From Podarcis melisellensis (lineage: Eukaryota): a stretch of DNA of 64,000 nt. This document shows positions 1-12,800 of the stretch, piece after piece. Location: the NCBI GenBank assembly GCA_964234715.1, contig OZ174287.1. One strand, written 5' to 3'. The notes beneath the pieces were generated by a model. It had not been told where the DNA came from. It was given only the letters and a program-made list of their open reading frames with translations, and did no database searches. Positions within the stretch are counted from its first letter, which is position 1. Every line of letters begins with the position of its first letter. A program made the translations under genes and the position numbers.

Positions 1-135
1 CTTTCGAACTGCTAGGTAGGCAGGAGCTGGGACCGAACGACGGGAGCTCACCCCGCTGCGGGGATTCGAACCGCCGACCATATGATCGGCAAGTCCTAGA
101 CACTGAGGTTTTACCCACGGTGCCACCCGCGTCCC
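1..135 (-). mobile_element. Sauria SINE (5' tRNA-related head, truncated by window edge)
   Basis: The minus strand reads GGGACGCGGGTGGCACCGTGGGTAAAACC...GGCGGTTCGAATCCCCGCAGCGGGGTGAGCTCCCG...AGCAGTTCGAAAG, the Sauria SINE head. Same family as 42640-43223. Confidence 0.85.
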
Positions 136-137
136 GA

Positions 138-204
138 CAGTAGCACCTTAGAGACCAACTAAGTTTGTTATTGGTATGAGCTTTCGTGTGCATGCACACT
201 TCTT
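138..204. mobile_element. Penelope-like element terminal fragment
   Basis: CAGTAGCACCTTAGAGACCAACTAAG...GGTATGAGCTTTCGTGTGCATGCACACTTCT is near-identical to the arms of the 38214-38410 insertion. It is cut just before the CUGANGA box. Confidence 0.7.
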
Positions 205-1394
205 GCTGTAGTTTGCTAAGCATCCTGAGAGTAGCTAGGAGAGTAGTTGCAATTCCCAGAATTTCCTGGAAAATCCCAGTATTCTCTTTTGGCCTCTGCT
301 TAAAACATTTTTGTTTGGCAAGCCTACCAGACAACATGTAGACGTTGATGTGTTCTAATCTTTTACCTCTGATTTTAATTATATTATAAATGTTACAGTT
401 ACTTGCTTTCTCACTGGCCTTACTGATAATGTTAATATTTCTTGTAAACCGCTTAAAGGTTGTATCACAATCAAGCGGCATATAAATTTTGCAAAATAAA
501 ACCAATAAATTACACTGCTTGCACAAAGTACTCAAGACAGCTTGCCACTTTACCGACACAACTGATCTATCCCAAAAGACCCCGCTAAGTCGTTTTCAGA
601 TGCTGGTTGCTTAAAAAAAAAAACCTTCCACATTTCAAGGCGTGTGCATCCTAGAGCATTATAAACAGAGGGAATCCCCAAATATTCAGTACAGGCAACC
701 CAACCCCCTTTTACACCTAGCTCCTGGGTATACATACAGATATTGTCCCTTAAGCTCTACGGGGGACGCATCCGGAAGCCAGCTTTTCCCAGCAGTGATT
801 GTTGACTGGCAGCTCTGACAGAAGCGTGGCTCCCGGATCTCTCTCCGGGGCTTGGCAAGGCACCGCCGCCCTGAGCCCAGCCTAACCTTTGCAAGCCGCC
901 GTCCAGGCGCCACCCGCTCAGCGCCCAGATCTATTTCGCCAAGTGGCAGATCTCGGTTGCTCCATTCTGGGGAGGCTAGGGCTGCAGAGGATGCCGGGGG
1001 ATAGTTGCAAGGGACTATGGGGGCTGTAGTTTTGGGTGGCATTGAGGCCTCTTCCTCTCCCTAACCTGTGTTCTCCTTCGTTATTAAGATACAGTAGAGT
1101 GTTTGCTTCTTAGGGAAGAAAAAGAAATCCGGAGGGGTGGCCATATTAATCTGTCACAGCGGCGCAGGATCTTGCAGGTTGTGGAAACTCTTTTAACAAA
1201 TGTCTTACGGCGTAAGGGTTTGTGGACTAAGCTTACGATGCCAGCTGGCACATTATATAGATTAAAAGTTATACCGTAATTAATGCGCTCGGTAGTACAA
1301 GACTACTGTTAAATAAATAACAAAAGCCCTTTTTTGCGGGGGTGGAAAATGCATATTTACACGCACCCCGAATACCCCATCTCCAGGTTCTTAA

Positions 1395-1860
1395 GTGAAG
1401 TCTTATTCGCGAAGGTATCGCTGCTTAAAACGCTTGCAGAGGTACACAGATTTGGCAGCAGCTTTTCCCAGCGTGGATTCGGGGAAAGCTCTGCAGGGGA
1501 AAGTGCTGCCTGGCACGCAGCCGCCGAAGGCACAGGGGCTTTATAGGGGGAGAGAGAAAGCGGGCGCCTTCCGTTCTGTTGCGGGGCTGGAGCTGGTTCG
1601 TTCCCAGCTGACGCAGCAGTTCTTTACTGCGCGGGATTTAGCTGGAGAGAAACGAGGCGCAAAAACTCAACGCGAAAAGGAAGCGTTTCCTCCTTTACGA
1701 AATAGGCAGCCACGTCCTCCGGGAAGCACGTCCAGCAATCCGGAAACGCCGAGGATCCCGCAGGAACGACGGGAGGAGTTGCAACCCCGGTTCCAAGGAG
1801 CTCTGGGAAATGTGGTCCTCCATCGTTGCAGTTGCTGTCATGACCGTCCATAGAATTCTG
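1395..1860. promoter_or_regulatory. CpG-rich promoter-like region of an unidentified transcription unit
   Basis: High CpG density. TATAAAG on minus at 1545-1539, ETS-like CCGGAA/GGAAG sites, TGACGCA at 1609-1615, and a ZNF143-like GGACCACATTTCCCAGAG on minus at 1818-1801. Confidence 0.5.
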
Positions 1861-2024
1861 CCTTTCTCCGAGTTTATTGAATCCCTTTTAAAGCCATCTA
1901 AGTCCACAGCCATCACCACCCCATGCGGTGGCAATAAATCCCACAATGATTTATTTTTTAAAAAAGAAGTGGAGAACGTTTATGCATACAATCTGCTGAT
2001 TTCCATCTGAATTAGCAAGGTGCA

Positions 2025-2189
2025 ATGGGGGACAACAGAAGAGATGGTTGGACAGCGTTCTTGAAGTGTTCTTGAAGCTACTAACATGAGTTTAACCAAA
2101 TTGCAGGAGGCAGTGGAAGACAGGAGTGCCTGGTGTGCTCTGGTCCATGGAAGAGTCGGACATGACTAAACGACTAAACAATAATAACG
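2025..2189 (+). mobile_element. BovB/RTE LINE 3' end fragment
   Basis: GAGATGGTTGGACAGCGTTC...GGAGGCAGTGGAAGACAGGAGTGCCTGG...GAAGAGTCGGACATGACTAAACGACTAAACAA is the typical BovB tail. Confidence 0.8.
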
Positions 2190-3897
2190 AGCTACTTGAT
2201 TTGTAACTGCCTTGCACATCACATCAAGCAGTCTTTCTTACCAAAATGCAGCCAGAGAATAATATTGAGAGGGGGAGCTGTATTTTCAATAGCTGCAACT
2301 TGCTCTTGTCACTGAAGGTTGTATTATCTCTGACAAGCAGAGTTGGGATAGATTTTTATATATAAGTTGTTTTTGTGGATGGGATCTTAGAAACAAGATT
2401 CTCCGGGGACCAAAAAGTTGTGGTATCTAAAAAGCAACAACAGCTCTGAGCTGCTTTGTGTTTTTGGCTAACAGGTGACTTCAGCAGAAACTCCTGGCCC
2501 TCGTCAGGGCCCCAGCACTCGACTTTGTTTTAATCTCTTCTTGTTCTATGAGGGGGCTGTGTGAGTTATAAAAAATAAAGCAGCATAGAAATGCTGTAAA
2601 ATAAATACATACAAAGAATTCCTAAAGCCCTTCCATGCTTTTACAATACTTGTAGCTACATACAGAATTTGAGATGGAGGCAAGCTTTCACTTTAAAAAG
2701 TTACTCTTCTTATTTCTGGCTGGCTTTTTCCAGTGCTAGTAAAAGCAACTGGTCCTTTTATCCTGCAGCTCAACTGGCCTAGGGAACAATCCATTCTTCC
2801 CCTGCACTGCTGATTCCTCTAGCCACTTGCACTGTGCTTTCCTTCTTTGGTGACAGTTCACCTTACCAGCTCTGAAATGTGTGCTATTTGCTCCTGAGCC
2901 ATGACTGCCCAGTCCTGGTTAGACCCAGATCCTATTTATTTCCCCCCTAATCTTCACAACACTTTCCACTCAGCTCTCCTTCCTCAAGAGTGAGTCTGTT
3001 ACTGCATTGGTCTTCAAACTGCTGCGTAAGGACAGCAAACTGCTTCATCTAAGGTGGGCCACAACCACAGCAGCACAACCACCAGACAAATATTATTACT
3101 CCTCAAACAAAGGTTTGTGTTAAAAGTGAGTCTGAATATGGAAAGGTTAAAGTCTGCTGTGACCACGTTAACATGCACAGCCAGTCCATGGCGTTCATGC
3201 GTGATTCCTTGTGTATCTCTGTCTCCTCACCCCACAAAGCTAAGCTTTGCTCTGGTGGGGCTCATTGCAACCTCCAGGAATTACCCATAGCAAAAGCCTC
3301 CCCACCTCCGCCCCCATAACCTCCAATCCTGCCCAGAACTCATCTCCAGAAGGCGGAACACAATGTTCTAAGAACACAGGGATCTCGCAGGAGCAGATCA
3401 TCTCCAACTTTTACTTCCAAAACACGGAAAACAATTGTTAAAATAACTGAAGAATAAGAATGCACCTCTCCGACAGGAAGCGTTTGATCTGCATGACTGC
3501 TGCCTGCAGACAGTGGTTGTCGTAAAAGTTTTCAAAATGGTAGAAGAAGAAAAGATCCAAAGGCAATTTGGAGGGAGACCATTTGGGAAATGCCGAGAGG
3601 AGCAGCAGCAGCAGCAGCAGAGCGGATTCCTCAGATCTAGGGAGGGGATCCAGTGAAACAGACCCAGGAAGTATACGGGCAAGGGGAGAGAAGAGAAAGT
3701 AAACCACTGAAAAGGAAACTCTGCAAAATATTTTAAATGCTTGGGAAGGGGTCCATGGACCAGAGCCAGAAAACTGGTGGGGGGGGAGGAATGAGTCTTA
3801 TGCGGACCCGAGGCAGGTTTTTGCTAGGTAAGCCACAGGATCCAGGCACCGTCTGTGAAAGGGACCCCCCCTTGGGCGGGAAATTGGACCCAGGTGT

Positions 3898-6800
3898 TCA
3901 GCTGATATAGATGCGGTGGAAGTCATTGGCGCCAAAGGCCGCGTTGCACTTGGGGCACTTCCGCTGGCGGGTGTCGTAGCGTGTCTTGACACAGTCAAAA
4001 CAGAAGACGTGGAAGCATTTGGTGAGGACAGCATCCTTCTTGCGGGTATTGCAGCAGGGGCAGGTCAGCTTGGCCTGGAGATACGGGACAGATAATTCGT
4101 GTAAGATCCTTGACTTGGCTCTCCCCAACAAGGCTTGCCCTGGGTTGCCAACCAACCAGCCTGCTCCTTTCTCCTCACCTTGTACTCCTTGATCTCCTCC
4201 TGCAAAATCTCATCAGCATCTGCATACACCTCCACTTTGCGCTGTTTCTCCAGCTTGCGCCGCAAGCGTGATATGTCCTCCTGAGGAAGGGATGCAAGTC
4301 AATGAATCCCAAAGGTGGTTAGCAAGACGGAAGGTAACACTGGCATACCGAGAAATATTTATCAGCAGCCATGAGGGCTAGTAACTTGCTTTTTAAAAAA
4401 TATAACATTTTCAACCAAGAGGAGCATTAGAGCAGCTGACAGACTTGCAGAGGAGAACAAGTTATCCTCTTTTCTCCTAGTACCTGGGCTCTTTTGAGGT
4501 TGAAAGATTCCTTCTCCTTGGCTGCCCGGTTCTCGGCCATACAGGTCTGGATCTCCTTCAGCTTACACTGAACGTGCTCCAGCTGCACCTTCAAGTCCTC
4601 TGCCAGCTGGGCAGCCTCCACTGCCTGCCAGAAGAAAAGCAGCAGAAGCCACCACCTCAGAATATCCCAAGGACAATCAGACGCAAGCAGCCCCAACAAA
4701 GGCACCCCATTCCTGGGGCTGTGAATACATAGCGCAATTGCACTGTGTGCACCCAAAAACCAGCAATGGGAAGAGAACGCAGTAGCTTGGGAATCTCTGC
4801 TTCTAGTTTCTAGCCCCCTAAGGCCATGGAGACCAACTGAGAGGGGATGGGCAATGCCTGGGGAAACTTCATAAGCAGAGGGGCTGGGGAGAGAGACGGA
4901 ACAGGATTTCCAGGTCTTGGGCTTGCAATTGCCCCCAACCCCAATTACTGACAAGACCAGAATATGTTATCTAAAATACAGGCAGAAAATATAATGCTTC
5001 AAGATTGAAGAACTGAGCTTGTAAAAAGACTCTCTGACCTAGAAAATAATTTTGCTTTTTGGAGCACAAGTACCCACGGCCCTGATTGTCTCCCAGTTCA
5101 GCCCATGGCTCCTCCCAGCTCCCTCTCCTCACCTTCCGCTTGTTGAGTTCCAGGGCCTGGCTGCGCAAGGTGAGCTCCTTCTCCACTGTGCCCAGATTCC
5201 CCTGCAGAACACGCTCCTTCTCCTCCAGCTTCTGCACCACCAACAGCTGGGTGTCCACCTAGGCACGGAACCAAAGCCAAGCCTTCAGGACATGGGGCAG
5301 GAGCCTCCCCTCAAGACTCCCCCCTTGCCTCAGGCTCCACAACTGTGTGAGGAGTTAGGGGGACGGGCTCTGCCTTACCTGAGACTTGAGGGCCAGCACC
5401 TGCTCGGCCAACTCGTCCTTCTCCTCCCGCAGCAGCTTGTGGATCTGATTGGACTTGATGCGCTCCGACATCAGCTTGAAGTTGGCGTCATCCTTCTCGC
5501 GCAGCTGCTGGTTCAGCCGCATGTTCTGCTCTTGCATGTCCTCAAAAGCCTGGCCCGTCACGTCCATTTCGGACAGGAGAGCCTCCTCCTCCTGCCCCAG
5601 CAGAGCAGACATAAGGAAGGGAACGAGATTGCTCAAGTTCTCCCTCCTTGCCCTTGCAGCTTCCCTTATTACTACACACACACACACCCCTGGTAATTTT
5701 TGGGGGGTGCCTGTCAATCCCCTGGTGGCATCAGGACATCAGGCGATTGAAAGGTGGGTGGTCCTGCTCACCTGCCAAAGTTGCACTGCAGCTGTGCAGG
5801 GAAGTGGTGGCCAAGGAGCCTTGAATCCTGCACCCATCAGCAAGGAGAACTCATGCACATACTGCTGCTCCCTACAGAAAGCAGGAATGAACCCCCTGCT
5901 CATCAGCTGACATGGCTGACAGGTGAAAGTGGTTTTGGAAAAATGGCCTCGCAGACCAAACCCTGGTGAGCCGGTGAGCCAGAATCTCCCCAACCCTGGC
6001 CTATAGATGGACTGAAACAAACATCAGGCCTATGGGAAGGCTTCCACCCTGCAGGACAACTTACACCTTGGCTCCTCCCACAGCCAAATACCTGCTTGGT
6101 GGCAGCCAGCTTCTTCTGCAGGTGCTCAATTTGCTCCTCGGCCAATTTGATCTTGCGCAAGGCATCCTCGTCTGCCATTTTCTTGCTCTCTTTCTTCTCT
6201 TTCTCCTCCAACTCGCGGATCCTCACCCGCAGCTCCTCCACCTGCCAAGGGGACCGAGTAAAAGGGAACAGGGGTGACTCCTTATCCCTAGTCCCTCAAC
6301 ACGGTGCTGCCAAATCCATCACCCAGCACTAAGGCAGGACAAGCCAAATTGCAAGCGTCACAATGTTATTCGCCCTCATTTTAAAAGCACAACCAACCAA
6401 CCCCAAGCTCCTTTTTGGGGAACTATGATAGCTACTGTCCAGATGCATCATTCACATCAACTTGCCCAGAAGTAGCATGCCAATATGCTATATTGTCACT
6501 CAGATGTCCACTATTGGGGGGCTTTTGGGTTATGTATTTTGATACAGTGATCTTCGGATGAAGGGCGGCATATAAACTTAATAAAAACCCTAGAGAGGAC
6601 TCTGACTCACTCATACTTAAGTGTGAACTAGCAGGAGGGGCCAATGGGACCTGCACCAAAGCTTGACAGTGCCTAATGCTCATGTTCAGAGTGCCAGCCA
6701 GCCCTGCCCTTTTCCAGGGCACAACTTTCCACATCCCTCCAGACCACCCGGCATTCTCCTTCTACCCAGCATGCCCTGTCCTTGTCGGGCTGTTTGAGGA

Positions 6801-9800
6801 CAGAGGGACTATTTTTGTACTTTCCGCCAAACTTTGGGGTTCCCCCCTCATCCAGCTTGCTGATATCTCCCAGCTCTGCATGGATAGCGTCTCTTTAACT
6901 ACAGAAGGATCCACACTTGAGAGAATTGAGATTGAGAGTAGCGCATTTGACCGAAGCAAAGAAGAGCTGGAATAAAAGGGGGGCAGAGGAAGTGCAATGT
7001 TCAGATGGCAGCAGGCATCCATGTACAGGTGGGCCTCTCACCTCTGCCTTGGTCTTCTTCTCAGCAGCCATGAGCTGCACTTTGTCCCGCTGCTCTTTCG
7101 GTGCCGACTTATACATGTCCAAGAGTAGCTTCATCTCCTTCTGACTCTCCTGAGCCTTCCTGGGGAAGGAAACAAGGTCAGCATGAAGTGGGGGGGGGGG
7201 AGAGACCTTGCACCCCATGGTGCCAAGGTTTTCCCTAGACATCAACCATGAGGTGACAAGCTTTTAAGCCGGGGTTATTGCTTTGAGACCTATGAGATAC
7301 TATGGGGGCACAAATGGGGTGCAAAGGGGGTACAAAGGGAGGGTTCAAACTGTCTTATAAGGAACCTCTCAGTTGGGGGGTAACTATTTCAGCGAGGTTC
7401 TAGCTTACAGGGATCTTTCTTACCTCCCCCTGGGCCCAAATACCAGAGTGAGGGGCCTACCACCAAGGCCTGCCTCCTGAAACCCTAAAATCTTGGCAAA
7501 GCGTTTTCTGGGCCTCCAGCTCTTCAGCTGCAATAAAGCCCTCCAGAGCCCCATCTCCCTCTCTGCTAAGTGCAGAGGTGCTGCTTCTCCCAGGAGCCAA
7601 AGCACTGGCACAGATCCTCCAGGTTCACAGCTTTTCCTGAGGCCATCATGCCCTCCCCTACCCAGTGCTATCCCCCTCAAAAAATCCTTTGCATTTGTCT
7701 AGCCTTCTCTCTGCACAAGATTGCTCTCCCCACTTCCCCACCCCCATTTTGAAATGGCGCCATCTTCCACCTCCCTCACTTGAGTTCAGTCCGCAGCTGC
7801 TTGAGCAGATCGGAATCCTTTTTCTTGGGGTCCTCAGAGCCTCCGCCACCCTTCTGCTTCTCCCGATCCCGCGAGGAAGAGGACGAGGAGGAAGACGACG
7901 AGGAGGAGGCCTCTTTGTCCCGGTCCCGGGATCTCTCGCGATCCCCGCTCCGTTCCCCGCCGCTGCGCCCCTTGGACCGCTCAGGCTCCTTGGCGCGGGG
8001 GGGTGGGGGCGGCTGTGGGGCGAGGGGCTGTGGGGCAGGTGGCTCCTCTTCCTCCTTTTTCGCCCCTTCGTGGATCCCGAGAGGCTGGGGGGCAGCAGCC
8101 TCCTCCTTGGGCTCCTTCTTCATTTGCATCTCCTTCGGCTCTTTTTTCACCTCAGGAGGTGCTGCTCCCTCTTCCTCTTTCACGGTGGCGGCCCCTGGGG
8201 GCCCCAGCAGCCCTGCGGGGTCCTCAGCCCCTGGCGTAGGGGGCGCTGACGTGGAGCTGGAGGAATAGCCGCTTTGCTGCAGCCGAACCTGAGCAAAGAA
8301 CAAACGGACATGAGCTGCAGGGTAAGGTGGCCATCACAGCACCTGGAATTATGGTGCTCAAAGCAGGGGTCAAAGGCCACTTGCAGTCCCCAGCAGACTG
8401 TCATACAGGTAGAAGGAGGAGAAATATAAAGAGAAGTGCCATAGCTGGGTGGTAGAGCACCTATTTTGCACACAGGAGCTCCCAGGTTCAATCTCCAGGT
8501 AGGGCTGAAAATGTTTCTTTTCTGAAAACAGGACAATATTCAGCAAGATGGACCAATGGATTGGGCTCAGGGAAAGGCATCGTCCTCCGTTCCTGCGAGA
8601 GAAGGAGTGTCCTGGCCACTTGGGGCTCTGGCCCCATCCACCGCCAGCATGCAGCCCCCGAGAGATTCCTTTGGGGGGTTATTCTCTGAAACCTCCCCCT
8701 CCTGCAGCCCCACCTTGTTGATCTCCGCCTGCACTTCCCGGAGCTTCCGCTTGTACCGCTGCACGTCGCCCTTCAGCTGGTGGTTATGGTTCTGGAGGCT
8801 GCTGATCAGGTGGCGCATCTCTCGGTTAATGGGACCTCGGGTTCAAATGGAGGGAGGAGGGAAGAGAAGAGTGAGAATGAACAATTTGGTAGGAAGAGGA
8901 GATAGACTTCTGCACAGCGCAGACCTTAGAGCAGGGTTTCCCAAACTGTTTTTGGACTACAATTTCCATCATCCCTGACCACTGGCCCTGCTAGTTAGGG
9001 ATGATGTTCTTGTAGTCCAAGAACAGCTGGATACCCAAGTTCTGGGAAACCTGCCTTAGAGTATTAAAGGGAGAAAAATATTCATTTGGGGCCAAACCAC
9101 AAATGCTCAATGGGAAGGAATGCAGCCTCACCTGCTTGCTCGTTGGCGGCCAAGTTCTGCTCAAATTCAATGCGCAGCATCTCATATTCTTTGCGCACCT
9201 GGGCCAGGGTGTCCTCCAGCTGGATCACCTCCGTCCGCAACTTCTTCTGCAGGTTCAGCTCATCACTCTGTTGCCAAGGAAGATGGGGAGGGGCAAATAA
9301 TATCAGCCGGGGGGGGAGGGGGAGAACAGGGTGCAAGACCACGCTTCCTCCTTGGTAGCTTTCGCAGTCTGACAAACAGTGGGGGCGTAAGCTCTTCCCA
9401 CTGAAATGAACCTAAATCAAGGGTGCCGACTGATTTCAATGGCTAATTTTGGATGCCACCCAGGGCTTCGTGAGATTATGTTATCAGGGCCTAAAAGAAA
9501 GGCCACCAGCGGCCACTAGCCATGATGGCTATGTCTTCCTTCAATGTCGGATGCCTCCAAGTTTCTTAGCATTGTGGGGAGAATAGGGCTCTTGCACACA
9601 GGTTTTGCTTGTGGGTTTCCCACGGGCATCTGGCTGATCCAGCAAGGCCCTTGTGCTCTTCTATGAAACTGCAAAACAGCTTTCCTTACCATTCTATCTA
9701 ATGTTTCAAAGCAAAGAGGTACAGAAAAGGCTTAAGCATGCCTGCTGACTACCCTTTCAGGGGTTAGAGAGCAGGCACACACACTTCACGGGCTCCCTCA

Positions 9801-12800
9801 CCTCCATGTGCTCGATGTGGCGCAGGTGGCTGTTCTTGGTGGTGAGCAGAAGGGCCCGGGCCTCATCCAGCTGCGTTTTCACCTGCAGGCTCTCGTTGTA
9901 CAGCAGCGAGAACTGAGACTGCAGCACTTTGTATTCCAGCGTCTCTTTCACCGCCTCCTCGGGCAGGCTCCGTAGCGCCACCTGCAGGGGAAGGGCAGAG
10001 AACAGGTGCCTGGGGGAGGAGAGCCACGGTAGCTCTCCACACCAACTGCCCCATGTCATCACCCCTGGGAGAGGTCTTGGTGCCTCTTTTAAAAGAAACA
10101 TGCCCCATCCTGCATGTTCGGGTATATTAAGTGTAATAGCAAGTGTACAAAAAAACCCACCAGCAGCAAACGGGTCAAAGGCTCAAGATACTCAGCCTGA
10201 GGCTTGTGCCTTTCTGCCTGATTGCTGAAAGGCTTTAGATGCTGCATGCATGAGTGTACGTAAAGGAAGCAGCTGAAGTTGTTTGGACTGATTTAGTTCT
10301 ATTGATAAATGTTGGGGGAGGGGAGTCATGGGAACATAGGAATCTGTCAAGAGCACTGGTCAATTTAGGTCAGCACCTTTGATTGACAGTGAACATATCC
10401 AGCCTTAGCTGGAGATGCCAGGGATTGAACATGTGACCTTCTGATCTATGGGCCTTTCCCAAAGTCAATCTGGAATTCTTTTGCCAGGAAGCAAAGAACA
10501 CACAGGTCCTGCTTTCTGAACACAATGCATTCTCAGAAAATTGTTCATTAGGCAAGCGTGCATATAACAAGTTAATGGCTTTCATTATTTCCTATAGGAA
10601 CATTTCTAATCCATGCTTTCTCACTCCATGCTTTCTGCCTGAAACTGCTGCAGCCAATCAGCAAAAGTAAAACAAAGGAAAAATAGATTTGTCCAATCTC
10701 TCTTGCTCCCCGATTTGTCCAATCGCTCTCATTTCCCCCCATGCTTGCGGCCTGAAACAGCAGCTGCTGACCAGCAAAACACAAACAAGTAAAGAACTGG
10801 ACAAACTCCAGCTGTTCGGATATCTGAGTCAGCCATTTGTGAATAATTCTTTGTGTTCAGATAAGTGAGATTTTGGATAACAAGTGTTCTGATAGCAGGA
10901 CCTGCGTGTAATGGACTGAGGTGCCAAGAAAAAGAATATGGAACACTGAAGCACTACAGCTACACAGATGGAGAGAACCTGGAAATGCACAGAACCAGAG
11001 CTCTTCAGAGACACCGCTTCCCCCCATCACAAGGACTAGAAACATAAATAATATCCCTCTGTACCCTGCACCTGCAAAAGTGGCTCTAAGGCAGATTCTC
11101 CAGAACCATCATTCCTGGTCATACTAGCATATTTTCAGCCTACCGCTAGAGGGCATTCTGCTTCCCTTCCCCAAATTCCACAGGAGGCTCTTCCTTACCT
11201 TGAGCTTCTCATTGGTCCTCACAGCCTGCTGCATTTCATGTTGCAGTTTCTCCAGCTCCGCCATGCGGCTGTTGGCAAGCTCTTGGTGCTCCTCCAGCTC
11301 CGCATTCAGCATCTCAAACTGCAAAAGCCCAGGCACAAAACTGAAGCAGGAAGACTCCGCAAAGGGAAGCACTTCTACCTGCAAGACTCGCATCCCAGCA
11401 CCACTGACACCCCACCCACCCCCCGCTTGTTTTTCTCCCGCTTACCTTCTGCATGCTAAGTGTGATCTGCCCACCCTGGAACCCGCCGGAACTGCCCGAT
11501 GCGTAGTAGCCCGAGTTTAGCTGCCAAAGGAGTTAGAGAACAAAGTTCAGTGCCTTGTATGCTACAATGACCCATACTGGCCAATTAGTTGGGCGGGGGG
11601 AACAAGGGGCCCCTGAAGGTCTTTGCTTGCCTGTTCCAGGGCCTCAGCCAGGTGCTTGTTCAGCTTCTGCTCCCGCTTGCGCAGCTTCTCGATATCCCAC
11701 TGCAAGTCCTCGATGGTCGTCTCCATCTCCAGCACTTTGGTCTCGGAGGAGGTCACCTTGTCCTGCAGTTCCGTGTACTAAGCAAGCAAAAAGATGCAGA
11801 CACGCCGGGCTTCAGAATGATTCTCTCCCACAAAGCAGCATTGGCTATGGGACCCGCCCTTTGCTGGCATCTGACAAGGGACCTACCTCCAAGGAGATCT
11901 TATGGTGCTTCTCTTGCAGCTGGGTGGTCAGGTCCTGCAAGTGCCGATTCTCCCTCATCAGGTCCTTGTTGAGAGACTTCACTGCTTCTTCCAGTTGGTC
12001 AAACTCCACTGGGGAAAGAAAGAGGCCCCTGAGAACCCAGGACACCAACTCCCAGCCCCCGCTCCCAGAAACGTCTTCAGCTGGCTGCTATAAGCTATTT
12101 ACAAATTTGCATTAAAACATGTTACGATTCCTTCACCGCACAGGCATGACAGGAACACCATGCTGCTTCCAACACCTCTCTCCTCAAGGGACCAGAATTC
12201 TGCATCTCAACAATCTCCCTTTTCCATTAATTTAAAAAGTTATCTGGTTTCTCCACAGGTCCTATTTACCTCATGCAACGCTTACGCCTCCATTTCTAAC
12301 AAACCTTTTCTACTATCTATTCCACATTAATTCCAAATCATATTAGGGCTTTTCGGAAACGCCCCCTCTGCCCCCAACATAAACTGAACAAAATCAATTG
12401 ATACCAAATAGAACATATTTTGCTTTGCTTTGCCCTTAAAGCAAGAGAACTGTTTAGGTCAGCATCTCGGACACAGGTAGGAACTAAACCTTTTAATACC
12501 AGGCTTTTACCATCACAAAAGGTTAATAATAATAATAATAATATACCCTTCGAAATGAATGAAGCACAATTAATAATAATAGAAGCATTCATGTCAGCAT
12601 CAATAAAAGATCCCATGAGGTGACCCAACTGAACTCCCAAAGGACCTTTCCCCAAAAAAGCTGCCAAAGTAGACAGCTTTATCCATAACTATTGTTCTTG
12701 CTTTGTTGCTTTTGCTAGCTCATTTCTACGGATTCTTTTTTTCTGTATTTTTGAAAATTTAATTTAAAATGTCATAAAAAAAACAAACCTCCCTTTTCTA

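Noticed and set aside
686-1042. 118-aa minus-strand ORF MPPKTTAP...
   Set aside because: No recognisable domain, weak start context and no convincing exon structure. It cannot be supported without a homology search.
5052-8268. Many 100-214-aa plus-strand ORFs overlapping RNF40 exons
   Set aside because: Antisense shadows of GC-rich, low-complexity coding exons.
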